In this document: positions 26,331-40,700 of the stretch, piece by piece
How positions within the stretch are numbered: the stretch's first letter is position 1
Layout of the letters: the number at the start of each line of letters is the position of its first letter
From: Pecten maximus
Lineage: Eukaryota
Assembly: GCF_902652985.1 (NCBI RefSeq)
Contig: NC_047028.1
Coordinates: 14,074,001-14,138,000 of the forward strand
Direction: 5' to 3'
DNA: 64,000 nt
Notes under the pieces: model-generated
What the model was told of the DNA's origin: nothing
What the model saw: the letters and a program-made list of their open reading frames with translations, nothing else
The model's database searches: none
Translations under genes and position numbers: made by a program

Positions 26331-29244
26331 AAGTTATCCCCAGCCCTGATGACGCGACAGTTTGTGATTTGTGTTTGTGTTGATTGTTTGGGTTTTTTAT
26401 GAGAAAAAAAAGATTAGAAAAGAACAAAGATTATCAGTGGCCGTCTAAGTAAGAATGAAGACAAAATGCAGGGCTTGATGAACGTTTTAATGACAGAAAG
26501 GTACATGTATATACTGTACATGTTTTACATAGTGTATATGTATGAAGACAAAATATAAAAGACTGACATGTATACAATAATATTTTCATCTATAAACATG
26601 AACCTACTCTACAAAAACTGTTTTTCATTGGTACCTATATTTAGACAATGGGAAAGATGTATATATGTATAACATGTACTTAATATCAGGACTGCAACTT
26701 TAAAAACAGTAAATATCAAATACATAGGGGAAAGAAAGTTCTTAGAACAGCATTAATTGTAGTACAGAATGCTGCCAGTGACTTTCAAAAAAAAATGTTC
26801 TTCATTTATTAAAAAAAGACCCATCACAGCAGAAAACACAAATACATTGTAACAGAAACTTTATACAGCAGGAGTTATTATTGTAACTGATTCATTAACA
26901 AGGAATTCTCAATTATAATTTTTAACATAATAAATATAAATTTAAAAGATTTGTGCTATTAAAATTTTCTGATAAAAGAAAAATATTACCAAGTTATCTC
27001 ACACTGTAATTTAAAATTCTTGTAATTCTGATTCATCTCCTAGTAAGAAAATACAAAATTCTCAACATTACAATGTAGAATTAATCATACAACTGCTCTT
27101 TACCAAACAAACCAATGCATAAGAATGTACATTATCAATTCAAATACAAAAGTTATAAAGTTTAAATAATAAATATGCAATATAATTCATAATGTAAATT
27201 ATACAAATTACAACCATTAGTTATACATAAATTTTAGCAGAAGTTATTAAAACTTGACCCAGAAGAGAAGGATGTAAGGACTCCCACACCAAGGAACTAC
27301 AGATAACTACAGAAGCAGAGATAAGAGAATGTTTACACACAGATGTGTACAGGTGCTATTGTCACTGGACACAAGTAGACTTCCTTTGACATAGACTGAA
27401 CATTTCAAGAAGTCTGTGAAGGAAATTTTTAATTTGTATCTTTTCTGCAATTTATTCTTTTAAAGTCACATCATCAATTAAAAGCTTAAGTCTATATCTT
27501 TTGTAGAAATTTTAAAATTTACGTTATATTGTAAATCATTACAAAGTGATTTATGATACAAATTAAAATTCATAGAAAGAAATTTGTCACACAATGCATT
27601 GTTCCAGGGTGGTGGGGTGGGTGACTAGTGGTACATTGTAATACACTTGCCTTCCATCTTGGCTGACATGAATGATTCAACGATGGTGATATAACTTTTT
27701 TCATATTTGTTCTAAAATAGATGAAATTTATACAATTTGATACCATAAATTCGGCTAAAAGCATAGAAAAGCTGTCGAATATCTTAAGTATATTTTGCCA
27801 ATAAATAGTCAAATTTCCAACGTTCAGATCATTTTGATGAGTTCATAGCTGATATATATAACATGTAAGACAGATGATGAAATAATTTTGTATAATATCT
27901 GAAAATAAAGGCTGGCAATGCAAAGTTTACAAAACATAGTTATAAGGCACAAATATCTCTGAATACTATTTATGTTTTCAATAAGGAAAGAAATTGAACA
28001 ATTCCTGACATAAATAAGGAAAATGTTTACTAACTATTAGAGTTACTTCCCTTCTAACATGATGATTTCCATACCATTGCAAGGACCAAATAGTGCAGCT
28101 TCATTTTTTTTAAAGATTTCAGTACAAAATTTTCAAGCTGATATAATTTGGTAATATGGATAGTATTTGAGAAGTTGTGTCCTCTAAAGACGGTAGTAAT
28201 TTATAAAACTCTGTGGTGGAGGTAGAAAAACTGAGGCAACTTTTCACTTACAACAATGACTCTGTCTACTTACTAGATATTAAGCAGCTTTCTCATTACA
28301 ACATTGGATTGGCAGCCAAAACAGCCTACATATATATGAAGGAATTCTGATGATTACAATAAATCAATAACTTCCCTACACCCTTGGACTTATGAAAGAA
28401 ATCATATATCACTTCTTACCAAAACATTTAAGAAAAAATATAAATATTGAAGCATCTACATGAAGAATACAAATGCTCAATGGTGGTGAAACTGATACAT
28501 AAATTGTAGTCTTCAAATTAAAGATTATAATGCTTCACTTTATAAAATATCAGTGCTACAACTTCATATCTACCTTCTCTACACTACAAACTTTCTATAT
28601 CTAATACCCTGTGTTAATTTTACAGTGATCTCCCTTTATTTTAACCGTACATGTATAGTGAAGATCTTTCCTCCAAAAATGTTGGTCAGCTACTCTTACA
28701 CTTACAGTACAAATATGTATACATGTATAGCAGTACTTTGTAAGAATAAGTCACAAAACAATGCTACTACAGTATATCTAATGATTGCTTCAATTGTCCT
28801 ATTGACTTAATACTGGCTCAGTACTTAAACAAAAAACAACACTTTTAATCATTAGTTTACAAAGATCAATAAAAATACATTCAGAAACACAGAAAGTAAC
28901 TAAGACTTGTCAGATGAATGTTTAAACTCACACATCAGTAAGTTTAGTAAAATGAAATAAGTATATGATTCAACGGATGAGGTGGGTTTTTTTAATATCA
29001 CAATTAAAAACCTCAGAGGAATCATTAACAAAAACAAAATCTATATAAAAATTTTAAGTAAAAATGAAAGTAGAACTATATTTAAAAATTCTAAAAAGCA
29101 TGCTGCTTTAAAGAATGCTTGTTTTATCAGCTTCAAAGAAGCATGGCGTTTCTTGTTTGTTGGGTTAATGCCCTGTGAACAGCCACTGTCATTTTGAGTC
29201 AGGGTCTCCTTGTAGTAGTTCAATGAACATACAGGAGTCCTTTC

Positions 29245-29320
29245 ATATGCCATCCAGACCAATAAGGGTTATGTGTCTTGCCAAAGGCCACAACCACGGC
29301 GCCATCCCGAGAACCATAAA
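29245..29320 (-). mobile_element. SINE central-domain remnant
   Basis: The reverse complement contains GTGGCCTTTGGCAAGACACATAACCC, resembling the conserved GTGTCCTTGGGCAAGACACTTAACC SINE core motif. Confidence 0.45.
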
Positions 29321-30309
29321 TTATTATTCCAATAGCAAAAAGTAACTGTATATCTCCACCACAGGTACATTGTACAATCTTAAGTTACTTTTCATTAAAT
29401 TGAATACTTATTATTATTTCTACACACATTTCATGAAATTAAGTAATTTTTTAGTAATTTTTCTGAAAATTTCCAACAAGGAAAGACATTTTACAAGATC
29501 AAATTAATATCAAATAAACTTTTTGGTAAAATTTAATATAAAAAGTAAATGTTGAATACACATACCAACAGAACATAAAATGTAGAAGACACATATAAGT
29601 TGTAAAAGGATCAACTAAAATATTCATTTGGGATAAAAATATATAAAATGGTTCAACAACAAAAACCTTATAACAATGAACCATCTCATACCTCTATAAC
29701 CAGCAGAGTTTTGTAGCAGAGAAGTAATTGGTCTAAACATAGTTTAAGTAAACAAAAGCAGCAAGCAATGATGAAAGATGTATATATATACTATGTAGGA
29801 CAGCCTACTGATATCACATGATATATACTAATGTACTAGCTTTTACTCTGGGGGAGTTTTAACTAGAGATATACATTATATAGATGTAGACAAGATACAA
29901 TACATACCAAGGTACTATCCCATACAATAGAACTAATTGATACGCTGGTGAATCGTTACACATCTGTGTATAATGTAACATAATCAATGTAGTTGTTATG
30001 TAAAGAAGTAAATAAATTATAAAACCACCTGTCTGTGTATATACTATTCATTGTCCATGTACACTGTCTTTTGTCACTGAGTGTGGACAGATTCATCTCA
30101 TAAAGTCACTTTGGAACAACCTCGTGATATAATGATCAGGAAATCATTTCAAGAACAGCGGAAATGAAATAAAGAAATAAATCAGTAAGAAATTTTAAAT
30201 CACCAGTGTGAGGTGCTACAATTTGTTTCTATCTTCACTAGATCATGTGATGCAGTAAGGTGACCTTTGACCTCGAATGATGTGAGCAATGACATTGACT
30301 TTTATAGGA

Positions 30310-33300
30310 TTAGGCACTTCCAGATAATGTCTTCTTTCCCTTCTGAAAAAAATAATCAAAATCATTGAGGTTGTTATCAGAAACAGACAAAAGATTGTAG
30401 AGTGTATGTATATGGCCCTATCGACAGAGTAATGCTTTGTCACACCCTTAATTATATGCTTATAATTCAGCTCCATTGGCAAATAATCATCACAACTCAA
30501 CCTTAACTATAATGAGTCATTGTCATAACAAAACTATGATATTACACTATTGTGTAAACTCTAGTTAAAAGTTAATGTCTCAATTCTTGTCATAAGTTTT
30601 GGTCTCAACTCAAAGCACAATTTATGGGCTTAATTCTAAGCGATTTTGATTGTAATTAATGTTATCGCCTCAAATCTAATAACAAATTCAGTTGTTGTCA
30701 CAACTCAACAACAAGTTACCATCTAACCTCAACTCTAAACACATCTCATCGTATCAAACCTAATCAAAAGCTATTGTCTGAATACCTTTTATAAATCACT
30801 AATCAGAATTTGATTACTATGTACTTACATCATCTTTCTTTGTGTTATTTTCAAAGAACATGAAATCCTGAAAAGAGAGAGAATAAACATTTCAGAATAT
30901 ACAATCTTGTTAAAGATCAAACAGATTTTTGACACATAGGAGAATACACAGCCATGTGTCGTTCCTAAACGTGAATTTAACATTGATACAGAATAATTAC
31001 TTATATCATCCAAATACTAAAACACATACAATTTATGATACATTTATGAAACTGAGCTTAATAAATTGAAGGGTTTTGTTGAGCAAGGTATCTTGTACGC
31101 AAATTATTCCACATGTGGTCAAGTGTGACCTTTGGTTCTTTAATGTTGAATGATTGGCAACCAAATTTAATAAAAGAAGCCTTTAACCTACAACAGTTGT
31201 AATCCCTTGAACATGTGGACAAAAACTTTTAAGATATACATATGCTACAAAATCACCAATAAAAAGTGATTTTCCCTCAGTGTAATAGAGACTTACGATA
31301 AGAAACACTGCTCCCATAAGGACAGCTTTTACATTAACGTCCAGGTCGAGTGGGAAAGAGATTCCAAAGTTGTCGGCATCTGTAAACACTTCCTTTGCGA
31401 GTCCTGACCACTGTTTTGTCACACGACCAACAAAGGTCTCCTCATCTGCTGCGTAAACCTGTTACACAAAAAAATGTAGGATTTTTTAGGAACTGTTTGA
31501 TTTCATACTTTGTTAATTAACAATTTTATTTATATATCATAGGCAGTTAAAGATTTATAGATCATACAGTTTGTCTCTTACTAGTACTTGCCATTTGAAA
31601 TCTTTCTTGAAAGAAACAATGACTTAATCGCCTCGAAGTCCCTCACCCATAGCAAGAGTACCATGCATGAAAAACATTAATTTCTCTGCACGCTTACTAC
31701 ACTATGGTAAATTCTTCACATTCCAACTCTTTACTTTTTCACACATTTTACACAACAGTAAATGCCATTTTATTAACTTCAAATACAGTCCACCTGACTA
31801 GTTTATCTAGAACTTGGTTCTGGTTTTTACCAGTAAGCAAATGTAGTTTTAGAGATTTGTTAAGAAGAATGACAATAAAACAAATATTATGTATGCTTTA
31901 TTAAATAATGACATACAACATTTAATATAATATTTGATTGATGAATATCTCTGCAACTACATACATTAAACCCTACTTAAAGAAGAAACTAACAACATTT
32001 TAGTCAGTTTGTTTTTAACGGGAACGACTGGATATTTCAATCTGCTTGCGGTGACAATTCTATGAGGTAAGCCTTTATCTAGATCTGTGATACTGCTTGC
32101 CTTTTTTTAATTTTACTTTGGTTCAACTGGTTTGACCCGGTAGATCAGAGCTAGTGGAACAGAACTTACATCAAACTCAATATCTCCACACATGTTCCAT
32201 GTACAACATGGACCCACAATCCTCAACACTGTTTCTTCTGCAGCATTCTCGATGCGAAATCGTGGCTTGCAGCAGCTCCATGACTGGGCCACATACCCAA
32301 TCACTTTTCCCGGTGGGGCTTCAACAGTAACTTTCTGTAACACAACATCACAATGTATTTTTCTGTTACCTGTCATGAGACTCCTAAAATCTAATAATTC
32401 AAAACAAATTAACAGTTAAAGGCATATAAGTACCACAGGCATGGCCTAGTGTATGACAATAAAGATTACATTTGGACTTTTTATATCACAAAAGAATTTC
32501 ATGAAATAAACATTGGACTTTTTATATCACAAAAGAATTTCATGAAATAAACAGACTCATGAGCTAGCTTTCCAAATCAGAGAATGGACTTTCTGGACAC
32601 AGTAATATATATCTTCTGGACGCTGGGACATTTCTGTCGACATTACTGAATTGCCGAAAATATTTTCCTGAAGGAAAAAGTTGATTTTTTACCTGCAGAC
32701 AGCAGGGAAACCAACAGGAAGAACACCGGAGTCCTCGGGACAGGTGCATGACTTCTTTGTGAGTATTGTCTGTGATCTTTATGTCAAATGGTCGTTTCGC
32801 CCCACAACAGTTGCGAGTACAGCAGCAAGTATCTATGGAAAAGATATACACGACATCGTACATACATGTACCTAAACTTTAAGTAAAACTTAAACATTTG
32901 CCATTTTCATAACCCATCAGATGAAGATTAATTTCACTGACCCATACTTTCAGTTATACAAAATTTTGTGAAAATCATACATATATGATCATAATTCAGA
33001 CATTTCTGATTGATGGATATAGAGGACAAAAATGAATATAATTAATTGAACATTCAATTTCAGAAGTAGTGTGTAAAATCTTAACATTGAAAAAAAATTT
33101 GATGTATATTTCATAAAGATTATGTACTAGAGCGTACCTTTCTATTAAGCCCTCAAAACAAGCCTGTTTAGGAGAATCTATCCTTATCATAAAACAAAAA
33201 GTATTATCTTTGTGAGCCCTAAATAAACCTGTCCATGGGATTACCTTTGTAAGCCTATAATAAACAACCTATCTTAGGTTTTAACATTATCATACAACGA

Positions 33301-36300
33301 CAGTATTACCTTTGTAAGCCTATAATAAACAACCTATCTTAGGTTTTCACATTATCATACAACGACAGTATTACCTTTGTAAGCCTAATTAACAACTTAT
33401 CTTAGGTTTTCACATTATCATACAACGACAGTATTACCTTTGTAAGCCTAATTAACAACTTATCTTAGGTTTTCACATTATCATACAACTACAGTATTAC
33501 CGTTGTAAGCCACATAAGACCTGTCCTTGAGAATTCAATATTATTATACTGTACAACTAGACTAATACCTTCGTGAACTCTATAAACGACCTGTCAAAGA
33601 GAATTTATCATTACATGTACAGGTAACATACAACTAGTATATATTACCTTAGTGAGCCTATCTGTCCATAGTGTTGGGAATCGGTTGAATTTTTGTGATC
33701 GATCATCACTTGTGTGTAACCAATCGATGATCGATTAAAATCGATTAATTTCCAAATATATTTTTTGTATTCATGTCTCAATATTTTGTGAAATGCTTTC
33801 GACAACAATTTCAGTAACTAATAAACTGTTATACCTACATGTATACTATCTTTATACCTACATGTATACTATCTTCCTGTGTGTTTATTTGTTTATTACA
33901 CAGATAAAAATGAACCAAAATAGTTTTTTTTAATAATTTTATTCAACACATAAAAACAACAACAAAAGGATTGTTTATTGGAGTATTTAGCTAATTTAAT
34001 CCATCCGTTATTGAAAGTCTAATATACTTTGAAAACGAAAGTAGAACTGTGACTTACCATTGAAGGAATACGACTTTCTGCACATTTTACAAATAGTTTT
34101 CGTCATATTTAAAGTATCAGTACTTAACAGACCTTCTGCTTCTTGTTTTCATTAAAAACCAAAGTGTTTCCATAAAACAGACCCTGTGCGTTTACCGGGA
34201 AGAAAGATCGTATACGTTAATGTTGCTTCCATAGCTAGTCGCTTATGTTCTCACAAACGAAATCTTAGTCATCGGTACATTTGCATTCCCCCTAGTATTA
34301 CTACACTGTACCAGTTAATGTGACGCTTGATTTTGTATGATACAAGCATAACCATTTCCCGCAAGCGACTGTGTTGTAGACATTGTCAAGCTGAATTTGC
34401 GTATGTTTATCTGAAATCCGGCTAATATATTTTCATAAAACCTGATGTAGGGCACTTCCGACGAAACTCGATTACAGTTTTCTTACTCGATTAATTGATC
34501 AAACGTCTCAAACAAGTGATACTCGACGAACTCGATTAATCGGAACACCACTACCTGTCCATGATAATTCAATATTATCATACAACTAGTACATTACCTT
34601 TATGAGCCCCATAAAGACCTGTCCATGATAATTTAATATTATCATACAACTAGTACATTACCTTTATGAGCCCCATAAAGACCTGTCCATGATAATTTAA
34701 TATTATCATACAACTAGTACATTACCTTTATGAGCCCCATAAAGACATGTCCATGATAATTTAATATTATCATACAAATACATCTAGAGTATTACCTTCA
34801 TGAGCCCTATAAACAATCTGTCCAAGTGAGTTCAACACCTCATACTTGTTGTTGGTCTCAATTCCCGTCACAGCTGTCAAGTAAAATTAAATAAATTCAC
34901 AAGTTATCTGTCAGCTACATTATGAATTAAAACTAAAGCAAGTTACACAATTGTTACCAATTATAATTGTTATGATTTACAGTGCACAGTCCAAAATACT
35001 TAGAATTTTCTATTTTGTTTATTCAAACAAACATTTGACCAGAACTTCAGTACTAATACTTATTTATATCATCTCCCCCCGGTTTGAGACCAAAAGTAAG
35101 AAGTAAGCTAGCTTCCAAAATCATAAGTCTAATCTAATTTTGATAAATATATAATTTCAATATTCTGACATGTTAGTCTATCAAACTCAAAATCTATTTG
35201 CATGTATTTAAATAATTTTTTTTTTTTTTTTAATTTTTGTTGGCCTATTTTATAAAGCGATTTTGTACTGATTAATTAGATGTAGATTTAGCTTACCTTC
35301 GAAACCCTCCACCTTTTGTTTGACGAGCAGTTGATCTACTTGCGACAAATACTGCAGTCCAGGGGGGCAGTTGGCTGGTGGCTGCTGGGGGCCAGCTGCC
35401 CATCCCCCGGGGCCTACAGGAGCTGCCCCTGGGGCCATAGGTGTTGGGGCTGGAGCTATAAATTGGAATACAACAATGAATTTAAGAATATGCATATGAA
35501 ATACATAATCATACAATATTAGGTCAATGATAAATATTTTGTTAGATTCATTTCTTCTGACATAAAAAAGTTATCTTATTGAAGTGTCCAAGCAATCATG
35601 ATTATAATTAACTTAATGTGTTTACTGTAATGGTAATATGACATCCTCCTCCAATGTTTAATTTTATTCAATTTTAAATGAACACAAGTGAATGATTCTA
35701 TTTATCACATTCATTGAGGAAACAGCAAAACTTTTCAAATTATTTTCCATATAGACATTTCAAATTAAAAAAAGTACATGTACGTATATAATGTGCACAC
35801 ATGAACAAGACAATCATAGCATATATATCATGGCATCCCGTTGACCCATTATTTTTAGCAATATGAGAAACTCAAAATCTGATAGGTCAAAGCTTTAGCA
35901 TGTCAAATAGACATTTCCATCAATCCCAACAGTTAAATATCAATTTGAAGAGTCAGAAAAATACTTTCCAGTGTCTACGTGTACAGAGGAGCCCACTTAT
36001 TTGCATATCGGTTATTTGAATATCCCGCTTATTTGCATAAAATTCTCAGGTCCCGATTTTTTTCTTCTTTATCTTTGTATTTCAATCCCGTGTATTTGCA
36101 TCGACTAAAACACTGACTCCCGCTTATATGCATATAAAAATTCCAAAAAATCGAAAATTTTTAATTGATTTTAGGGTATTTTTGTGATTTTCCCGTAATA
36201 AAAGTTTTATGAAATGTGTTTTAACTTACATTATTCTTATCATTGGTTCACACTTCGTCATTACAGGTTACGTACAATGCATCGATATTGACATTGTTAT

Positions 36301-36897
36301 TATTTAGACCATATCAGTAGCAATGTGCAGAAGAATTACTGAATAAAATATCTATATGCCTCATCTTTTGATGAGATTTGTTTATTTATTATAGCATCGA
36401 TCCAAACCTGTGTTCTGTGTACTTAAACACTCGCTGAGGCAAGTTGCGATCGCCATGATTGTTTTCTAGGCGCGTTGCATTGTGGGGGCATATGTGTAAT
36501 GAACGACAACCATTTTCCCCTCAGACTTCTGTTAAATTCACTGAAATATTGTATTTTCCCTCATTTTTATGGCAATAATATTCCCAAATACTCCAGATTT
36601 GCCTTCCTAATTTACCATTTGCTGTTTCTACTTGAAAATTGTGTTTTTAATGCAAACAAACTGAAACTTTCGTCCAAAAAGGGTAGTTTCCCATAAATTC
36701 TAGATAAATCCCTGCAGTTATTTAACATATATACAGCACATATATTGTTGGACAAACAACTTGTCATTGACAACCAACTCTGATTCGGGGTATAAAAACT
36801 CTTTTTGCTGACAACAGATTTACATACCCCCTGGAATAGGCTGTTTCTCTATAGGTGGGGCATCACCGCCAGGAGATGAAGTTGGATAGGCAGACAT
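30310..36897 (-). CDS. PLSCR: Phospholipid scramblase (PLSCR1/2-like), ~281 aa
   Basis: Exons 36897-36828 (MSAYPTSSPGG...), 35455-35297 (CPPGLQYLSQVDQLLVKQKVE), 34873-34796 (GIETNNKYEVLNSLGQ), 32832-32693 (DTCCCTRNCCGAKRPF...CSSCWFPCCLQ), 32334-32170, 31458-31297 (KQWSGLAKEVFTDADNFGISFPLDLDVNVKAVLMGAVFLI), 30867-30829 (DFMFFE) and 30342-30310. All are GT-AG and in phase. Confidence 0.96.
33130..34835 (-). repeat. ~63-65-bp tandem array copied from the scramblase exon 3 end and splice donor, interrupted by a hAT-like insertion
   Basis: Minus-strand unit GACAGGTCTTTATGGGGCTCATAAAG|GTAATGTAC... matches the exon end GACAGATTGTTTATAGGGCTCATGAAG|GTAATAC. Confidence 0.9.
33669..34553. mobile_element. 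Non-autonomous hAT-like element (885 bp)
   Basis: Termini TAGTGTTG... and ...CACCACTA (7/8 inverted match); 8-bp flanks TCTGTCCA / CCTGTCCA (7/8); subterminal ATCGATTAA / CTCGATTAA repeats. Confidence 0.7.
35984..36140 (+). mobile_element. Left end of a pogo/Tigger-like MITE
   Basis: TA|CAGAGGAGCCCACTTATTTGCATA followed by repeated CTTATTTG(C/A)ATA. No matching right end was found. Confidence 0.4.
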
Positions 36898-37688
36898 AGT
36901 TGCTCCTTTACAAGTCTAGATCTGCAATATACATTTAAATTAAAATTGAGACATATATAATAGCACTCCTCAATAAATCTCTAGTTTTCTCCTCACACAT
37001 GTTTTAATGTTTTAATTACTCCTAATTATATTATAACCTACCAGCTAGATGGACATTCATCATACAGGTATTTGTAAAAAAAAAATTAATGTGTGTTTCC
37101 AGAAAAAATCTTACTGTGGAATGTTGTAATTAGTAAAGTTCCCACATCAATGTATAATCTATACAAATGACACTTCTTAAATTATCTATCATCTTAACCT
37201 AGCTACTCAAGCTCTTATAAATTGTAAAAACAACTTTAATCTTATAATTATAGATCACAATTTACTCATTTACATTTTACATGTACTGCAATACTGAAAA
37301 TGCATGTCTACATAGCCAAATTATTTCACAATATTACATGTCCATATAATTATATATATAGCTAAATTAAATTAAATCTAACATAAGTTAAAAGCATATC
37401 AAATTAAAGGATAAATTAAAATACTGTGTGCATGTACCAGTGTGTACCAGCTTCATTTTTACTTTCATAAAATGTAAATATTGATTTTTAAGCTTTAATA
37501 TCCCTGGTTGTCCCACACACTGACTTAAAGAATTATATATGTCCATACACTGCAATCTAGACATCTTTAATCCAACAGCTGAGTCAAGAATTTCTTTTTC
37601 CATTGTGTAATATTGTCGTTTTGACAATTAAACTTGTTTGGTGAAAAATGCAAATTGTTATAATAAATAAACCACAGGTATATTCTAT

Positions 37689-37760
37689 TGTTTAGTTTAG
37701 TTTAGTTTATTCAACTTGAAGCCTTACGGCTCATAAGTATAACATAGAAGCATCAACATA
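37689..37760 (-). mobile_element. LINE/SINE 3' terminus with (CTAAA)n tail
   Basis: Minus strand reads ATGAGCC-GTAA-GGCTTCAAGTTG-AATAAA-CTAAACTAAACTAAA, homologous to the LINE tail at 13193-13245. Confidence 0.65.
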
Positions 37761-40700
37761 CACATATATACAATACGTAACTAATTGTTATAGAGGATGA
37801 ACAAAACAGTAGGCGTAACTGGTGAAAAGCATCCGAAAACATTGATTTTAACAACAAAAACACAATCAGAGTATTCAGGGGGGTGGACAAAACAATCAAC
37901 ATAACTGGAGACAAGTACCTTAAGTCATTAATAAAAAGTAAATAATACAGTTTGTAAGAGTAGATAGATAGTAGTTACCAAACAATAGGTATAACTAATA
38001 TAAGTATATAGGATTTTTCAAATGCAAATATATACTTCGTGAGAATAATTACATGATGAACAAACAATATATATAAAATAGATATAAATAGAGATAGTAA
38101 ATTATTGAACCCAAGTGTGGCCTGTTTAAAAATAGATACTGTACTTGTAGGTCACAGTCCAGTAACAGTCAGTTTATTGATACTTTTTTCCAACAATAGA
38201 CATTGTGCATCGATCTACAATACAAGGAGTATACTATCAAAAACAGTCTTTAGCTACAGTATACTGTTTACGTACTTGATCAATTTTTTTATATTATAAA
38301 CTTCTAATTTACAGTGTAGTTTGTACATGGGTGTACTTGATTAATTATATAATGACAAGCCATCTGGTTTTTTTTAGATATATCTCTAAATTTAAATACC
38401 AAATAGATATATTCTGTCAATCAAAAGAGATCTCTACTTCAAATAGATATCTGAATAATATAGGTAAAAATCCAAAAGCTTGCCATACGCGACTGTATAT
38501 GGAGACATTGTAGTACACATTTGTCAATGCCGGTGATTTTTTATGTGAAATTTCCTCAATTGAATTAAGTAGTTTCCGATAAAACATTTTAACACCCAGT
38601 TAGGTTTCACTCAAGAGGATGCTTACACTTATAAGTTATAACTAGCAAGACAATATCACAACTTCCCGACACTGGTAATATTTATACACACAACCCACCA
38701 TCACCTACATTATGTGCAACACATCACATATTGTACCGTTCCTAAGAGTGAGGAATTGTTTTCTAGTTACTAGCAGTGATATCAATATAAGCGTATTTAT
38801 ATATAATCTAACTGTCCGCTCAGACAAACACATCAAGTAGACAAACAAAAATCTATACTGTACCTTAAGCTTACAGTGTATATGTGTAAATAGGTTTCAT
38901 CTACAGTATATATAGCATATATAATGGTCTGCTTATAAATTTAGGTACATGTGTACAAGCTTTAGAAGGTCTTTACTTTTAAAATCCTACAACAAGTATA
39001 TAACAAGCCTTATTGGGTTAAATATAGGATTATAGTCATTATACAGTATATATACCACAGCAATATGTGTACCAGTATCATATACTGAGCCAGAGCATTT
39101 TTTGTCCTATATGTAAACTAGAACTAGTACTGATTACCAATAATTTAAAAATAAGTTAATACATTTTCATACTTTACCTATACATTAATTAGGGAGGGAC
39201 TGGTTAAAAATGGCATTCTTTATAATGAAGCAGTATATATTCTATAGATCTTATCAATGTGATCATTTCCTGCTTTTACAAATTAAATACTTGTAGGTGC
39301 ATCCATATGCATGACCATGACAATTCAATGCTTCACTGGTCATGGTTATAATCATTACATATATATACTCGCTATTAACCAGATCTAGATATCAATGTTT
39401 AACCAAGACATATTCCCCTACTAAACATTGGTGTACATAAAAACACAAAATGTATGCCCAAGGCCAGTATTTCATGTTAATTTTTTATAGTGAATTTGTA
39501 ACAGGTATGGTATATAATGTAAAACAAAAAAAAAAGAGAAAAAGCATTGTGAAATCCATTTTCTTTATCATATACAGTGTAAAATATACATTTTGCATGC
39601 AAGTTTATTAATATACTGGAATAAATCACTAACCACACCCATGTCACTAGCAACAGAAAATAATGTAGGGGACCCAAATTAGTCACGTCACATAACTACA
39701 TCAATACACCGCTGGTAACTGTGACACCACTCAATCCACCCACTAAACATGATGATTCATGATAACACATAAATTTATCAATAGACTGCAGAGAAAATGA
39801 CAATCCACATGAAAAGGTCTCATTTTTGTTAAAAAGGTTTGGTTAATGTATATATGTGTTATAATTAGTTATACATGTTGACAAGCACTTTGTACCTGTA
39901 TGATGTACATACAGTGTACAATGTGTAAGGAGTCTTCATGCTATATATACAGTACTGTATCATTATATCGAATACATTAGTCTCAAAACATGTAGCTTTC
40001 TAGTATAAGTACATGTAATACTGATGAAAAAAATAGAAGAATTCCAACAACTCCTGAAGCCAGGTTTCAAAATAGACATTCTACTTTTCTTCTACTGATG
40101 GTTGCTGATATGTTTCAGGTTTAGGCCCAAGAGGGCTCTGTAATTACCACCACAGGTATAAATATACACCTGTGCATATACATGAACCATAACGTTCTAG
40201 ATCTTGAACTAGCAACTTCATCAAATCAAATAAATTACAAAATAAGAAATACCTAAGTTTCAAGTAAAGCAAAACATCTGGTGTCTCTAGCTGCCAAATT
40301 CCCATATTGTACATCGATCTAATTTATTATTTCCTTTGGGCACAAAATGCTTTTACTTCAACCCTAAGACACTTGTACATGTGTGTATAACAGACATTGG
40401 GAGACATCTATGAAGAGAATTTGTAAACACACAAAGTGATCGAGAGATCAATTATGAGCCTCGGATCACAAGGTTCTACCTACTTAGCTTTTATTTGCAT
40501 ATAGAATTAAATGTCTAAATTCAATGGTACATGGCATGTACAACAGAGGAAAAGATTAATCAGCCTTAGAATTTCTAGCATGTTAATCACGCTTTAATAA
40601 CTCCCTTCCACTACGTATACATACACGACGTCGTGATGTCACAGACAAAAGCTACAGGCTGCCTGGCACTTCTGGTATGGTCAATGAGCACAACAAAACA

